Both the position numbers and the translations under genes were made by a program. From contig CAXXET010000008.1 of NCBI GenBank assembly GCA_963666115.2, positions 160,001 to 224,000 of the forward strand: a stretch of 64,000 nt of DNA, written 5' to 3'. This DNA comes from Dehalococcoidia bacterium (GTDB lineage: Bacteria > Chloroflexota > Dehalococcoidia > UBA6926). Positions 30,314 through 38,796 of the stretch are shown piece after piece (position 1 is the first letter of the stretch; every line of letters starts with the position of its first letter). The notes under the pieces are model-generated. The model saw nothing but the letters and a program-made list of their open reading frames with translations, had not been told where the DNA came from and searched no databases.

Positions 30314-30673
30314 ATGAAGCTCACCAAAATAGCAGCCTGGGCAGCCCACCTCTGGGCTTGGGCCGTCGGCCTCTGGATGACCTTCGGCCCCTTCTACAGC
30401 GATGGCGCGACGCTGGTCGAACAGAACGGCGCATACGTTCTCCTGATACTGCTCTTCCCCATTCTGATGTCCGGCATCGCGCTCCTGGCCATCCGCTTCA
30501 TCGATGCCGGACGGGTAGCGCGCAAAGCGCTCCTGTGGACAATAGCCCTGGTTCTCGTGGCCCTCTGCATAGCGACCTATATCTCCCTCTGCATATTCTA
30601 TCTCCCAATGGTGATCGTACTGCTGGTTGTGGCCATACGCGAGGGAGGGCTTACGGCTGTTCGGTGGCGATGA
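30314..30673 (+). CDS. Hypothetical membrane protein
   Basis: Three to four hydrophobic helices. Confidence 0.6.
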   Translation: MKLTKIAAWAAHLWAWAVGLWMTFGPFYSDGATLVEQNGAYVLLILLFPILMSGIALLAIRFIDAGRVARKALLWTIALVLVALCIATYISLCIFYLPMVIVLLVVAIREGGLTAVRWR

Positions 30674-30742
30674 GCGCCATCTCCGCCTCCGGGTCCGACA
30701 CCCCAAACCGCGCCCCCGCCCCCCATGTATACTGTCCCCACC

Positions 30743-31126
30743 ATGAACGGCTACGGCAGGACATACGCTGAACAGGGGCGCATCTACCTTGCCCAGGCTT
30801 ACGAAGAGCTTGAGCGCGGAGACCTCCCGCAGGCCGCGGAGAAAGGCTGGGGCGCAGCGTCTCAGCTCGTCAAAGCCGCCGCCGATGAGCGTGGCCTGCC
30901 GCATCACTCCCACGGGCTGCTTTTCCGGACTGTGGGGGTTCTTACCGAGGAATCCGGAGATGATGCCATTCGCCGGGGGTTTGACTCCGCCAGTTCCCTT
31001 CACGTCAACTACTATGAGGGCGGCGCAGCGAAGGTGAATATCCGCGCAAGCTTGCAGGACGTCGAGTCCCTCGTCGAAACAATCGAAACCATGCTAAACG
31101 GCCACAACGGCGCAACAACTCCCTAG
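30743..31126 (+). CDS. PaREP1-family protein, copy 6
   Basis: N-terminal half nearly identical to copy 5; LHVNYYEG. Confidence 0.85.
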   Translation: MNGYGRTYAEQGRIYLAQAYEELERGDLPQAAEKGWGAASQLVKAAADERGLPHHSHGLLFRTVGVLTEESGDDAIRRGFDSASSLHVNYYEGGAAKVNIRASLQDVESLVETIETMLNGHNGATTP

Positions 31127-31142
31127 CGCCCCCCGCCGCCTA

Positions 31143-31200
31143 CCCCAACCAACCCGTCAACCACGCGGCGCACAGCCGCGCGAGACTACACTGCGCCGCC
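31143..31200. repeat. Imperfect direct repeat of 28617-28672 (CCCCAACCAACCCGTCAACCACGCGGCGCACAGCC..GACTACAC.GCGCCGC)
   Basis: Read directly in both places. Confidence 0.8.
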
Positions 31201-31320
31201 GGTGGTGACCTTCCAGCGACCTGCGTCCGGTTCACACGGAGTCAGGCGGTTCCTCGTCAAGCTGGAAAACGGTGAGGATTCCTTCCATCATGGAAGGATA
31301 TGGCAACTGGGAGGTTGAGC

Positions 31321-31779
31321 ATGGACAAGACATGGAAAGTCGCCGGCATTACCGTTGTGATGGCTTTAGTCACGCTGACAATGACGGCATGTCAGGGCCC
31401 TCAGGGGCCAGCAGGTCCGGTTGGGCCTCAAGGACTAATTGGCCCGGTGGGACCCCAAGGAGCAGTAGGGCCAGTTGGACCCCAAGGACCAATAGGGCCG
31501 CAGGGTCCGGAAGGACAGCCTGGCTCACAGGTGACCGCACCGAGCGAAGAGATGCAGGAGCCCTATAGTGCAGAGATGTATGACGACTGCCGAGACGCTT
31601 TCGGCAGCATGAGCGCCACCACCTTGAGGCTCCTCTTGGCATCCGGAGCGGACGAAGATGACTACCAATTTCTACTTGAAATGTCAGATTCAGACGTTCG
31701 TGGTGTGATGAAGCTGGGGTGCCTGGCTATTGCCTCAGGTGGTCGTGCACCCTTCGGCTCTTTTTGGGATGAAACGTAG
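31321..31779 (+). CDS. Lipoprotein with collagen-like (Gly-X-Y)15 repeat
   Basis: MTAC lipobox followed by [12 protein letters not shown]... Confidence 0.8.
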   Translation: MDKTWKVAGITVVMALVTLTMTACQGPQGPAGPVGPQGLIGPVGPQGAVGPVGPQGPIGPQGPEGQPGSQVTAPSEEMQEPYSAEMYDDCRDAFGSMSATTLRLLLASGADEDDYQFLLEMSDSDVRGVMKLGCLAIASGGRAPFGSFWDET

Positions 31780-31898
31780 CTCATTTGGGGTTTGGATGGT
31801 AGAACCCAAGAGCGTCTCGATAGGGTTGGTGCCCTCCGCTTGTCCCCCTCCAGGGGTTCACATAGAATGGCGTGGACAGTAATGAGGGAGACACAGCC

Positions 31899-32237
31899 AT
31901 GAGCCGCGTCGTTGTACTGCTGGAACCGACTTTCCTGCGTGACCGCGAGAACGGCGAGTACGCGGCGCGATTCCGCAGCCTCGGCCTCACCGCCTACGGC
32001 GATACCCGCGACGAGGCCCTGACGGCGCTAAAGGACTTCTTCGCCTTCTTCGTCCGCAAGCGTCGTGAAAACGGCACCCTTGAATGGTTCCTGGATAAAG
32101 CAGGCGTCGAGTGGTACCCGGAAGACAAATACCCACACGACCCAAGCGTAATCGAGTATCTCGGCGAGGACAGCGAAGCCGCATCACGCTGGATTCGCGT
32201 CGACCCCACATCCCCATACACCACCCTCGCCGCATAA
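31899..32237 (+). CDS. HicB-like antitoxin-fold protein
   Basis: YAARFRSLGLTAYGDTRDEAL..L motif; GAGGGAG RBS. Confidence 0.6.
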   Translation: MSRVVVLLEPTFLRDRENGEYAARFRSLGLTAYGDTRDEALTALKDFFAFFVRKRRENGTLEWFLDKAGVEWYPEDKYPHDPSVIEYLGEDSEAASRWIRVDPTSPYTTLAA

Positions 32238-32241
32238 GTAG

Positions 32242-32526
32242 GTGAACATTCCGGGAGACGTTCCGGCGCATTACGTCATTGAGGCGTATGCCAGGCTCGG
32301 ATTCGCATTGGAGCAGGGCGGATTCGCCCAACTCAGCTTTCGGAATGATGAGGGCATCCTCCTGTTCCACGCCATGCGGCGCGAAGGCATGATCAACGTG
32401 CCAATTGCGCTCGAAGACATCGGGCTGGTTGAGACCATCAATGTCCTGCCACCCGGCTGGGGCCGTGAAACCTGGTTGGCCGCCCTGCTGGACGTGATGC
32501 AAGACCCCTACTACGCGCCACGATAG
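32242..32526 (+). CDS. Small hypothetical protein, possible HicA-like partner
   Basis: IEAYARLGF; 4-bp gap after the HicB-like gene. Confidence 0.45.
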   Translation: MNIPGDVPAHYVIEAYARLGFALEQGGFAQLSFRNDEGILLFHAMRREGMINVPIALEDIGLVETINVLPPGWGRETWLAALLDVMQDPYYAPR

Positions 32527-32548
32527 CGCACAGCCGTCCCCTCGCCTG

Positions 32549-33910
32549 TCAACGTGCCATATCTTGGACGTTCTCCTCCCCCTCCCCCTTCATCAACGCC
32601 ATCTCTGCCTCCGGATCCGACACCCCGAACCGCGCCATCGCCGTCCGCCTCGAACGCAGCCCGTTCTTCACAAGCTCAATCTCCTGCCGCGCGACCTGCG
32701 CCTGGTCCTGCGGCAAAATCGCCCCCCACTCGATCGACGTCCGGTACGGCGCCAGAGGCTCGCCCGTCATCTGCTCATGGATGCGAAGCGCGATCTCATT
32801 CCGCTTGCGGTACGCCGCCGCCCGGATAAGCCGCTTCCGCCGCAGCTTGTGCAGCAGCGGGTGGAGTTCCATCTCCAGTGCCACCCCGGACAGCCCCTGC
32901 CGGTTGTCCCCAAAGGCGATGCGCGGCGTCTCCGAGAGGTCGTGCAGCGCGCGGTAGATGGCGTTCACGTAGTCGATGTGCAGCTGCACCCCGCCCCCCT
33001 GCAGCAGGTCCAACAGGTACGCGCGCGCCCGGTCCGGCAGCTCCCACACCGCCCCGGGCTGTATGGCGATGTCCTGCGACTGATCGACGTTCTCCAGCAC
33101 CGCGATGGGATTGCCGGAGAGTTCCAGGATCATGGAGAGCTGCGAGAGGGCGCGGTTCAGTTCCCGGATCGGCTCCATCATCGCGGGAATGTCGGACACC
33201 CCCCAGAACTGCTTGGGCGCGCGGATGTTGGGATACACCACGAACGGGATGAGCCCGTACGGGTTCGCCTCATCCCGCGCGAGCGTGTCCCCCGCGTACA
33301 ACCGGAACCTCTTGTCGTCCCACACCTCCGTGATCGTGATGCGAGACTGCGCCCTGCCCCGCGCCGGCGGCCGGACGCCATGCAGCTCGCGCGCCTCCTC
33401 CGCGTCCAGCGTATAGCGCGAGGCCACGCGCCGGATGCGGTTCACGTCATCCCCCACCCACCAGCAGTGGAGTCCCTGCACGTCCGGCGCCGTGATGCGG
33501 ATGCCGCCCCGCCCATCGTCCCACGTGATCTTGTACGCCCCGTCGCCCAGCACCGCGGTGTCGATCTCCGTGTCGAAATCGAGCTGGTCGAGCGAATTGA
33601 CCTCCGCCATGTCCGCCAGCAGCCGCTCTGCCCCCCGCGCCCGCTCCTGCTCCTCCGGCGAGGCGTCCAGGGGCGGCACGGTGGAGCGCAGATCGGCCAT
33701 CAGGTACGACGTGACCTTCTCGACGGACGCGCGCGCGTAGTTGAAGGTAAGCCGCCGCTCGCGCCCCCGCGTCCGCCCCGGCCAGTGCTCGCCCTCGTAG
33801 AACGCCAGGTTGCGCCGGTAGCGTTCCCGCCGCTCCGTGTCCCGCTTGTCCAGCGATGACGGAACGAAATCGTCGCGGCTCTCCGTCCGCCCGTTCAGCG
33901 ATGTCGTCAT
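32549..33910 (-). CDS. Phage portal protein (SPP1 gp6-like)
   Basis: FYEGEHW, NYARASVEKVTSYL, NPYGLIPFVVYPN, GVSDI, LSGVALE, SRRTAM..GV.DPEAE. Confidence 0.85.
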   Translation of the reverse strand: MTTSLNGRTESRDDFVPSSLDKRDTERRERYRRNLAFYEGEHWPGRTRGRERRLTFNYARASVEKVTSYLMADLRSTVPPLDASPEEQERARGAERLLADMAEVNSLDQLDFDTEIDTAVLGDGAYKITWDDGRGGIRITAPDVQGLHCWWVGDDVNRIRRVASRYTLDAEEARELHGVRPPARGRAQSRITITEVWDDKRFRLYAGDTLARDEANPYGLIPFVVYPNIRAPKQFWGVSDIPAMMEPIRELNRALSQLSMILELSGNPIAVLENVDQSQDIAIQPGAVWELPDRARAYLLDLLQGGGVQLHIDYVNAIYRALHDLSETPRIAFGDNRQGLSGVALEMELHPLLHKLRRKRLIRAAAYRKRNEIALRIHEQMTGEPLAPYRTSIEWGAILPQDQAQVARQEIELVKNGLRSRRTAMARFGVSDPEAEMALMKGEGEENVQDMAR

Positions 33911-34308
33911 GGCGCAGCCTCTCTCCTCTCGGCGTCTGCCTGCTCGTCGTCGCGCCGCGCGGATTCCAGCGCGCGAAAGACGGTGCGTCTCCCAACCTTG
34001 AATCTCTTGGCGATGGCGGGGACGGACAGCCCCTCCTCCAGTCGCGCCGCCGCGATGGCCTTGTCGCGTGACGCCAGCCGTTCGCGGCGCGTGACCGGCC
34101 CCTCGTCGTAGCGGCAGCGCGGATACGGGCAGTCCAGGGAGCTCGTGCACTCCTCGCCGCACCCCCGGTCCATGTACAGCGTGTCCTCCGGTAGCCTGTC
34201 CCCCCGTTTCCCGCTCCGACGCGCAAGCGGTATCTCCAGTTGATCCACGTTGTTCGGCCTGCGCGGGCGGGGCGGCCGGGCGCCCTGCCCGGACGATTCA
34301 CGTGACAT
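33907..34308 (-). CDS. Cys4 metal-binding + HTH DNA-binding protein
   Basis: YMDRGC..C..LDCPYPRCRYD, then GLSVPAIAKRFKVGRRTVFRAL; start uncertain. Confidence 0.75.
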   Translation of the reverse strand: MSRESSGQGARPPRPRRPNNVDQLEIPLARRSGKRGDRLPEDTLYMDRGCGEECTSSLDCPYPRCRYDEGPVTRRERLASRDKAIAAARLEEGLSVPAIAKRFKVGRRTVFRALESARRDDEQADAERREAAP

Positions 34309-34357
34309 CCGATTGCCTCCTCCCGGCGCGAATTGGGCGAAAATCCTGGCGGAACGT

Positions 34358-35761
34358 CTAGCTGGTGGAACGGCTGCGTCCGACAGCCGTGCGAAGACCC
34401 CCTTCCTGCGCGCTCGCGTGCGCCGCCAGGGCCAGCGAAATCAGGTAATCGTCGCGGCCATCCCGCTCCGGCACGTAGAAGTTCATCGTGTGGTTCGCGT
34501 TGTGCTGCGCCTGCGCGTAGTGAATCTGGCGCCGCGCCGCCGCGGATTCCGATGACAGGTCGTCCGCGTACAGCCGCAGGCGCCCCGCGTTGACCATCGC
34601 AAGCAGCCCAAAGCCGATCTTGGACTTCGAATGCTGCGTGAACGTGATGGGCTGCACGGCCTGTCCCACGCGGTGCTGGAGGGAGGCGACCATCGGCTCC
34701 CCGATGCCGGTCGCGTCCACGGCGACCCGCCGCACGCGCCACACGTTCTTCAGCAGGTCCGTCAACTGCTCCAGGAGCGCCCCGTGTGGAGTCCCGCGCC
34801 AGTAATAGTGCTGCACGATGTGAACCTGCGGCTCGTCGAAGCCGTGGCCGGGGATGATCTCCGCGATCGTGAGAACCGTCTCGTCGCGCTGGACAACGCG
34901 GTCCGCGCCCCACTCCGTCTCGGTAATGGCCAGCGGCGCGCCGGCCAGATCGAGACCCGCCGCGTAGATCGCTCCGGGGCGCGGCGACTGCTGCCGGGGG
35001 TGGTCGCCGTGCAGTTGAACGACGTGCGCGCGGCTGAAGAGGCGGGTGTTCTCATCCACCGGCAGAAGCGCGTACTGCGTCCGGAACAGCGGATGCTCCT
35101 CGCCCAGCCGCTGCCGCTCCCCCTCCACGAAGGCCCCGTAGAGCCGGTTGTGCCGCGCAACCTCCTGCCAGTCGTAGCGGAAGTGCCGCCTCCGCCCCGC
35201 TCTGCCGTAGGCGCTCTGCGACGAGCCCACGCGCTCCGTGGCCTTCACCTGTTCCAGCAGGGAATCGCTGCGCCATGCCGTGCCGTACAGCACCGTCGTC
35301 GCGTTCTGCGCCGCGGCCATCGGGCGGAAATCGCGGTTGAACTTGTCCGGCAAAACGTCCTGCGCCTCGTCGATCTCCAGCAGGAGATCCGCCGTCTGCC
35401 CGACGACATTCGACGTCGGGTGCGCGCTGAGATACGTGGCGCGGCAGTGGCCGACCCGGAGAACGTGCCCCCTGTCCAGGCGGGATATGGTGCTCAGGCC
35501 GCTCTCCTCCAGCCGCTGCATGACCCGCTCGATGGAGATCAGCGCCTGCGGCTGAAAGGTGGGCGCCGCCTTGACCAGCGCGCCCCCCCGCGCCGCGTTC
35601 CGCAGCAGCAGCACCATCTGGAGATACGCGGACAACTCGTTCTTCCCCGCCTGACGCGCCATCTCCACCGTGAACGTCAACCCCCGCCGGTTGAACACGG
35701 AGTCCAGCACGGCCCGCGCAACGTCCGCCTGGTACGGGCGCAGGCGGATGCCCGTCGTCAC
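34358..35761 (-). CDS. Terminase large subunit
   Basis: LRPYQ, Walker A RQAGKN, Walker B LLEIDEAQD, RNase-H acidic motifs GLDLA, VDATGIG and DDYLISLALA. Confidence 0.88.
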   Translation of the reverse strand: MTTGIRLRPYQADVARAVLDSVFNRRGLTFTVEMARQAGKNELSAYLQMVLLLRNAARGGALVKAAPTFQPQALISIERVMQRLEESGLSTISRLDRGHVLRVGHCRATYLSAHPTSNVVGQTADLLLEIDEAQDVLPDKFNRDFRPMAAAQNATTVLYGTAWRSDSLLEQVKATERVGSSQSAYGRAGRRRHFRYDWQEVARHNRLYGAFVEGERQRLGEEHPLFRTQYALLPVDENTRLFSRAHVVQLHGDHPRQQSPRPGAIYAAGLDLAGAPLAITETEWGADRVVQRDETVLTIAEIIPGHGFDEPQVHIVQHYYWRGTPHGALLEQLTDLLKNVWRVRRVAVDATGIGEPMVASLQHRVGQAVQPITFTQHSKSKIGFGLLAMVNAGRLRLYADDLSSESAAARRQIHYAQAQHNANHTMNFYVPERDGRDDYLISLALAAHASAQEGGLRTAVGRSRSTS

Positions 35762-35763
35762 GG

Positions 35764-35958
35764 CTACAACCCCGCCACGCGCATGATCGCCTGCAGCGCC
35801 ACCGTCCCCACGATCAGCAGGAACAGGTTGTTGATCCGCCCCCGCAGGTCCTCCAGCTGCTGCTCGAGCGCCTGCATCTGTTGCCGCAGCAGCGCCTCGA
35901 ATGCCGTGCTCGGCTCCGTGTCGAGCGCGGGTTTCTCATCGGTCCGATGATTCGCCAT
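35764..35958 (-). CDS. Small coiled-coil protein with C-terminal TM helix
   Basis: AAAGGAG RBS; coiled coil followed by LFLLIVGTVAL. Confidence 0.65.
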   Translation of the reverse strand: MANHRTDEKPALDTEPSTAFEALLRQQMQALEQQLEDLRGRINNLFLLIVGTVALQAIMRVAGL

Positions 35959-35985
35959 TCCGTGTACTCTCCTTTAAGGTGTCGG

Positions 35986-36378
35986 CTAACTGGTGTTCTC
36001 TGGCGTCATAAAGTCGAAGTCCTCGTCCATGACCGGGAAGAGCTGCTCGCTAAGCCCCTCCATGGTGCCGGCGAGATTCTCCAGCAGTTCGTTCTCCGGC
36101 TTGGCCCCCAGCCGGTGCCGCGCCGCGAGTGTGTGAGACAGCGTGCTGATGGCTTTCATCAGGAGCGGAAGGTCGTCCGGCCTGTCCTCGAGGACGGTCA
36201 AAATCTTCGCCCGCAGAACGGCAACCTCATCATCCAGGCCGTTCACGTTCTTGGCGCGCTTCGCGTACTCCTTCTCCCCGGCGGACATCGCGCGCTCATA
36301 GAAGTTGGCCTTTGCCCTCCGGCGCGGCGACACGGCCTGGGCGGGCGATTTCGCCGCGCTGTCGATTGTCTTGATCAT
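35986..36378 (-). CDS. Putative terminase small subunit
   Basis: NFYE..GLDDEVAVLRAKI helical pattern; position upstream of TerL. Confidence 0.55.
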   Translation of the reverse strand: MIKTIDSAAKSPAQAVSPRRRAKANFYERAMSAGEKEYAKRAKNVNGLDDEVAVLRAKILTVLEDRPDDLPLLMKAISTLSHTLAARHRLGAKPENELLENLAGTMEGLSEQLFPVMDEDFDFMTPENTS

Positions 36379-36388
36379 CGGCGCTCCC

Positions 36389-36571
36389 CTACGCCCGCCC
36401 GCCGGACGGCGGCTCGCCCGGAACCTCGTCGAAAAACAGGGCAAGCACGTCCGGCGGCGTCTCGATGATCGCCTGCGCTAGACCCCAGATCAGCGCGAGC
36501 GCCGAAAGCTCGCTCAACTCGGGCGACTCGGATTGCCGGATAGCCTTCAGAGTGGCCGACTGTGCCGTCAT
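36389..36571 (-). CDS. Small hypothetical protein, first gene of the terminase operon
   Basis: GGGGAGG RBS; follows the promoter. Confidence 0.5.
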   Translation of the reverse strand: MTAQSATLKAIRQSESPELSELSALALIWGLAQAIIETPPDVLALFFDEVPGEPPSGGRA

Positions 36572-36631
36572 CCCATCCTCCCCCTGCCCCTGTGCGATTT
36601 CCCGCGTGGGCTCGTGTGTCGTTAGAACGGA

Positions 36632-36660
36632 AGAATAGAATATACGTTCTTATCCGTCAA
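36632..36660 (-). promoter_or_regulatory. Sigma70 promoter TTGACG-17-TATTCT with overlapping LexA (SOS) box AGAACGTATATTCT (36637-36650)
   Basis: One mismatch to AGAAC-N4-GTTCT; the box lies in the spacer and touches the -10. Confidence 0.75.
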
Positions 36661-36799
36661 TGCCTCGTGACACATCCGCGCGGCGCGGGACGGCCCTGCG
36701 CCGTCCGGTTGCCCCGACTCGGATACACTGGTAGGAGGCGCGCATGGCGCGTCCGGACTTTCAGGACGGAAGCGAGGACAATCGACGGGTGAATTGCCG

Positions 36800-37384
36800 A
36801 TGAAAGCCGTGAGAACGGCGCTTGTGAGCATTGCGCTGGCCGCGTTGGCGCTGTCGGGAGCCTGCGCCGCTGTTGACGGCGTGTTCCGCCAGCCGCTGCC
36901 GTCCCCCGAAACGCTGAACCTCCAGGCCTTCATGTTGGAGGGCGGCGGCGTCATGCCCGGCACGGATGTCGTCCGCGTCAACTGGAGCCCCCCGGACGAC
37001 GATCTGGACATCGACTTCGTCGTCATCGAGTACTCGGAGAATGAAGACGGCCCGTGGGATGAGATCGCCGCGAAAGCCCCCGACGCCGGACACTACGAGC
37101 ATGGCGCCATCTTTACCAGCGGCAGCTTCCACTATTACCGCGTATTCCTCGCGCGCGGTCAGGAAGAGACGCCCCCGACCGACCCGATAGCCGTCTGGAT
37201 ACCGGGGCAGGGAGCCCTTGACCGCGCCGGCCCCGGCCAGGTCCTCCCGGCCAATCGAACCCCGACGCCCGTCCCGGGATCGGACGCCCCCCCCACGCCC
37301 CTCCCCACCGTTTCCGGCGACAGCAACGCGCCGTTCATGGTCGTTCCTCCCACCCCAACGGCGCCGCCAACGCCCGTCGCCTGA
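36800..37384 (+). CDS. Lipoprotein with fibronectin-III-like domain and Pro/Thr tail
   Basis: SGAC lipobox; VRVNWSPP..F.VIEYS..GPW..YYRV. Confidence 0.6.
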   Translation: MKAVRTALVSIALAALALSGACAAVDGVFRQPLPSPETLNLQAFMLEGGGVMPGTDVVRVNWSPPDDDLDIDFVVIEYSENEDGPWDEIAAKAPDAGHYEHGAIFTSGSFHYYRVFLARGQEETPPTDPIAVWIPGQGALDRAGPGQVLPANRTPTPVPGSDAPPTPLPTVSGDSNAPFMVVPPTPTAPPTPVA

Positions 37385-37407
37385 CGCGGAACGCTGACGC
37401 CTGCCCC

Positions 37408-37437
37408 TTGACGATGAACGTGGCCAATTCCTAGAAT
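37408..37437 (+). promoter_or_regulatory. Promoter TTGACG-18-TAGAAT for rex
   Basis: Near-consensus hexamers upstream of rex. Confidence 0.6.
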
Positions 37438-37513
37438 CTGAGCATCCTTCAAGCGTCGCCTGCCATGCGTTGGCGTGCCCGGCAGGCGGGGCGGGCGTAT
37501 AGGTGGGGAGTGT

Positions 37514-38209
37514 ATGCCAACGGATATCCCGGCTGTGGTCGTGGACAGGCTGCCGCACTATTTGCGGACGCTGCGTCTCATGCTCGACGACGGGATCGAA
37601 GTGGTCAGTTCACGCGAACTCGGCGAAGCCCTCGGAACGACGCCCGCGCAGATACGCAAGGACCTCAGCTACTTTGGACGATTCGGCAAGCAGGGGCGGG
37701 GCTACGATGTCTCAGCCCTGCTTGACGACCTGACCCGCATCCTGGGGCTGGAACGCTCCTGGCCGGTCGTGCTGGTCGGCGTCGGGCGGCTGGGCCGCGC
37801 GATCATCACCTATCCCGGGCTGACCCCGGAGGGGTTTCACGTGCGCGCCGCGTTCGATGCGGACCCGCGCCTCGTGGGCAGCAGCGTTGACAACGTCCCC
37901 GTGCGCCCCGTGCGCGAGATGGAGAGCTTCATCCGCAAAGAAGGAATCGAGATCGCGATCCTCGCAACACCCGGCGACGTAGCCCAGGACGTAATCGACA
38001 GATTAGTCGCCTGCGGCGTCCGCGGCATCCTAAACTACGCCCCCGTCACCCCCCACGTGCCAGGCGATATCACAGTCCGCACAATAGACCCCGTCCAGGC
38101 CCTCCAAACCATGACCTTCTACCTCCGAGAACCGGACGACGAAGAAGCCGCCAACAACCACCCCTCGACCAACCGCAACCGCAACAAACGCCGCAACGGC
38201 CGCCGCTAA
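37514..38209 (+). CDS. rex: Redox-sensing transcriptional repressor Rex
   Basis: RLPHYLR, VSSRELG, QIRKDLSYFGRFGKQGRGYDV, LVGVGRLG. Confidence 0.96.
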   Translation: MPTDIPAVVVDRLPHYLRTLRLMLDDGIEVVSSRELGEALGTTPAQIRKDLSYFGRFGKQGRGYDVSALLDDLTRILGLERSWPVVLVGVGRLGRAIITYPGLTPEGFHVRAAFDADPRLVGSSVDNVPVRPVREMESFIRKEGIEIAILATPGDVAQDVIDRLVACGVRGILNYAPVTPHVPGDITVRTIDPVQALQTMTFYLREPDDEEAANNHPSTNRNRNKRRNGRR

Positions 38210-38359
38210 AGCCCCCCCGCCACCTAACACCCCACAATTGCGATCACCGCAGCTGATTGAGTATACTCGAACAAGTGTAGCCTACTGGGAGGGGAGTGAG
38301 ATGGGTAGCATGTCTGATACGACAGGCCCGCCGAACATCTTCTCCCAACAGCGATTCCC

Positions 38360-38794
38360 GTGATCCCGCCCTTCAATGCCTCCGGTTCCTTGCCTGTTGG
38401 TCTCCATGACACAACCATGAATGAGATGCAAGAGACGCTCGGATTCACAGCGCGTCGGCGTGGCCTTGTCGACGGGTTGCAGCGGTACTTGGCCGCGTGG
38501 CGCCCATACGAGTTGTTGGATTTTGTCGTGGTTGACGGTAGCTTCGTGACATCCGAAGAGGAACCCGCCGACATCGACATGCTCTTGGTTCCCGTGCCCT
38601 TCGCGGCCTTACGTCCAAATGCAGAGGCCGCTTTTTCCAGGTTGGGGCTGGATCGAGAGGCGGTGCGCCATCAGTTTGGGTGCGATGTACTCCCGACTGA
38701 CGTAGACGGGTCTCGCGACTACCAGGGATGGCTGGCGTTCTTTACGATAGATAAGCAGGGCAACTCCAAGGGCGCGCTTAAACTTGAGGTCTGA
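38360..38794 (+). CDS. DUF6932-like nucleotidyltransferase-fold protein
   Basis: MIPPFN..G.LP.G.H, VDGSFVT..EPADID, KG at the C-terminus. Confidence 0.7.
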   Translation: MIPPFNASGSLPVGLHDTTMNEMQETLGFTARRRGLVDGLQRYLAAWRPYELLDFVVVDGSFVTSEEEPADIDMLLVPVPFAALRPNAEAAFSRLGLDREAVRHQFGCDVLPTDVDGSRDYQGWLAFFTIDKQGNSKGALKLEV

Positions 38795-38796
38795 CG

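Noticed and set aside
29796-31126. PaREP1 pair as DGR template/variable repeat
   Set aside because: Differences are mostly synonymous and not adenine-specific; both copies are ORFs with promoters and there is no reverse transcriptase in the window.
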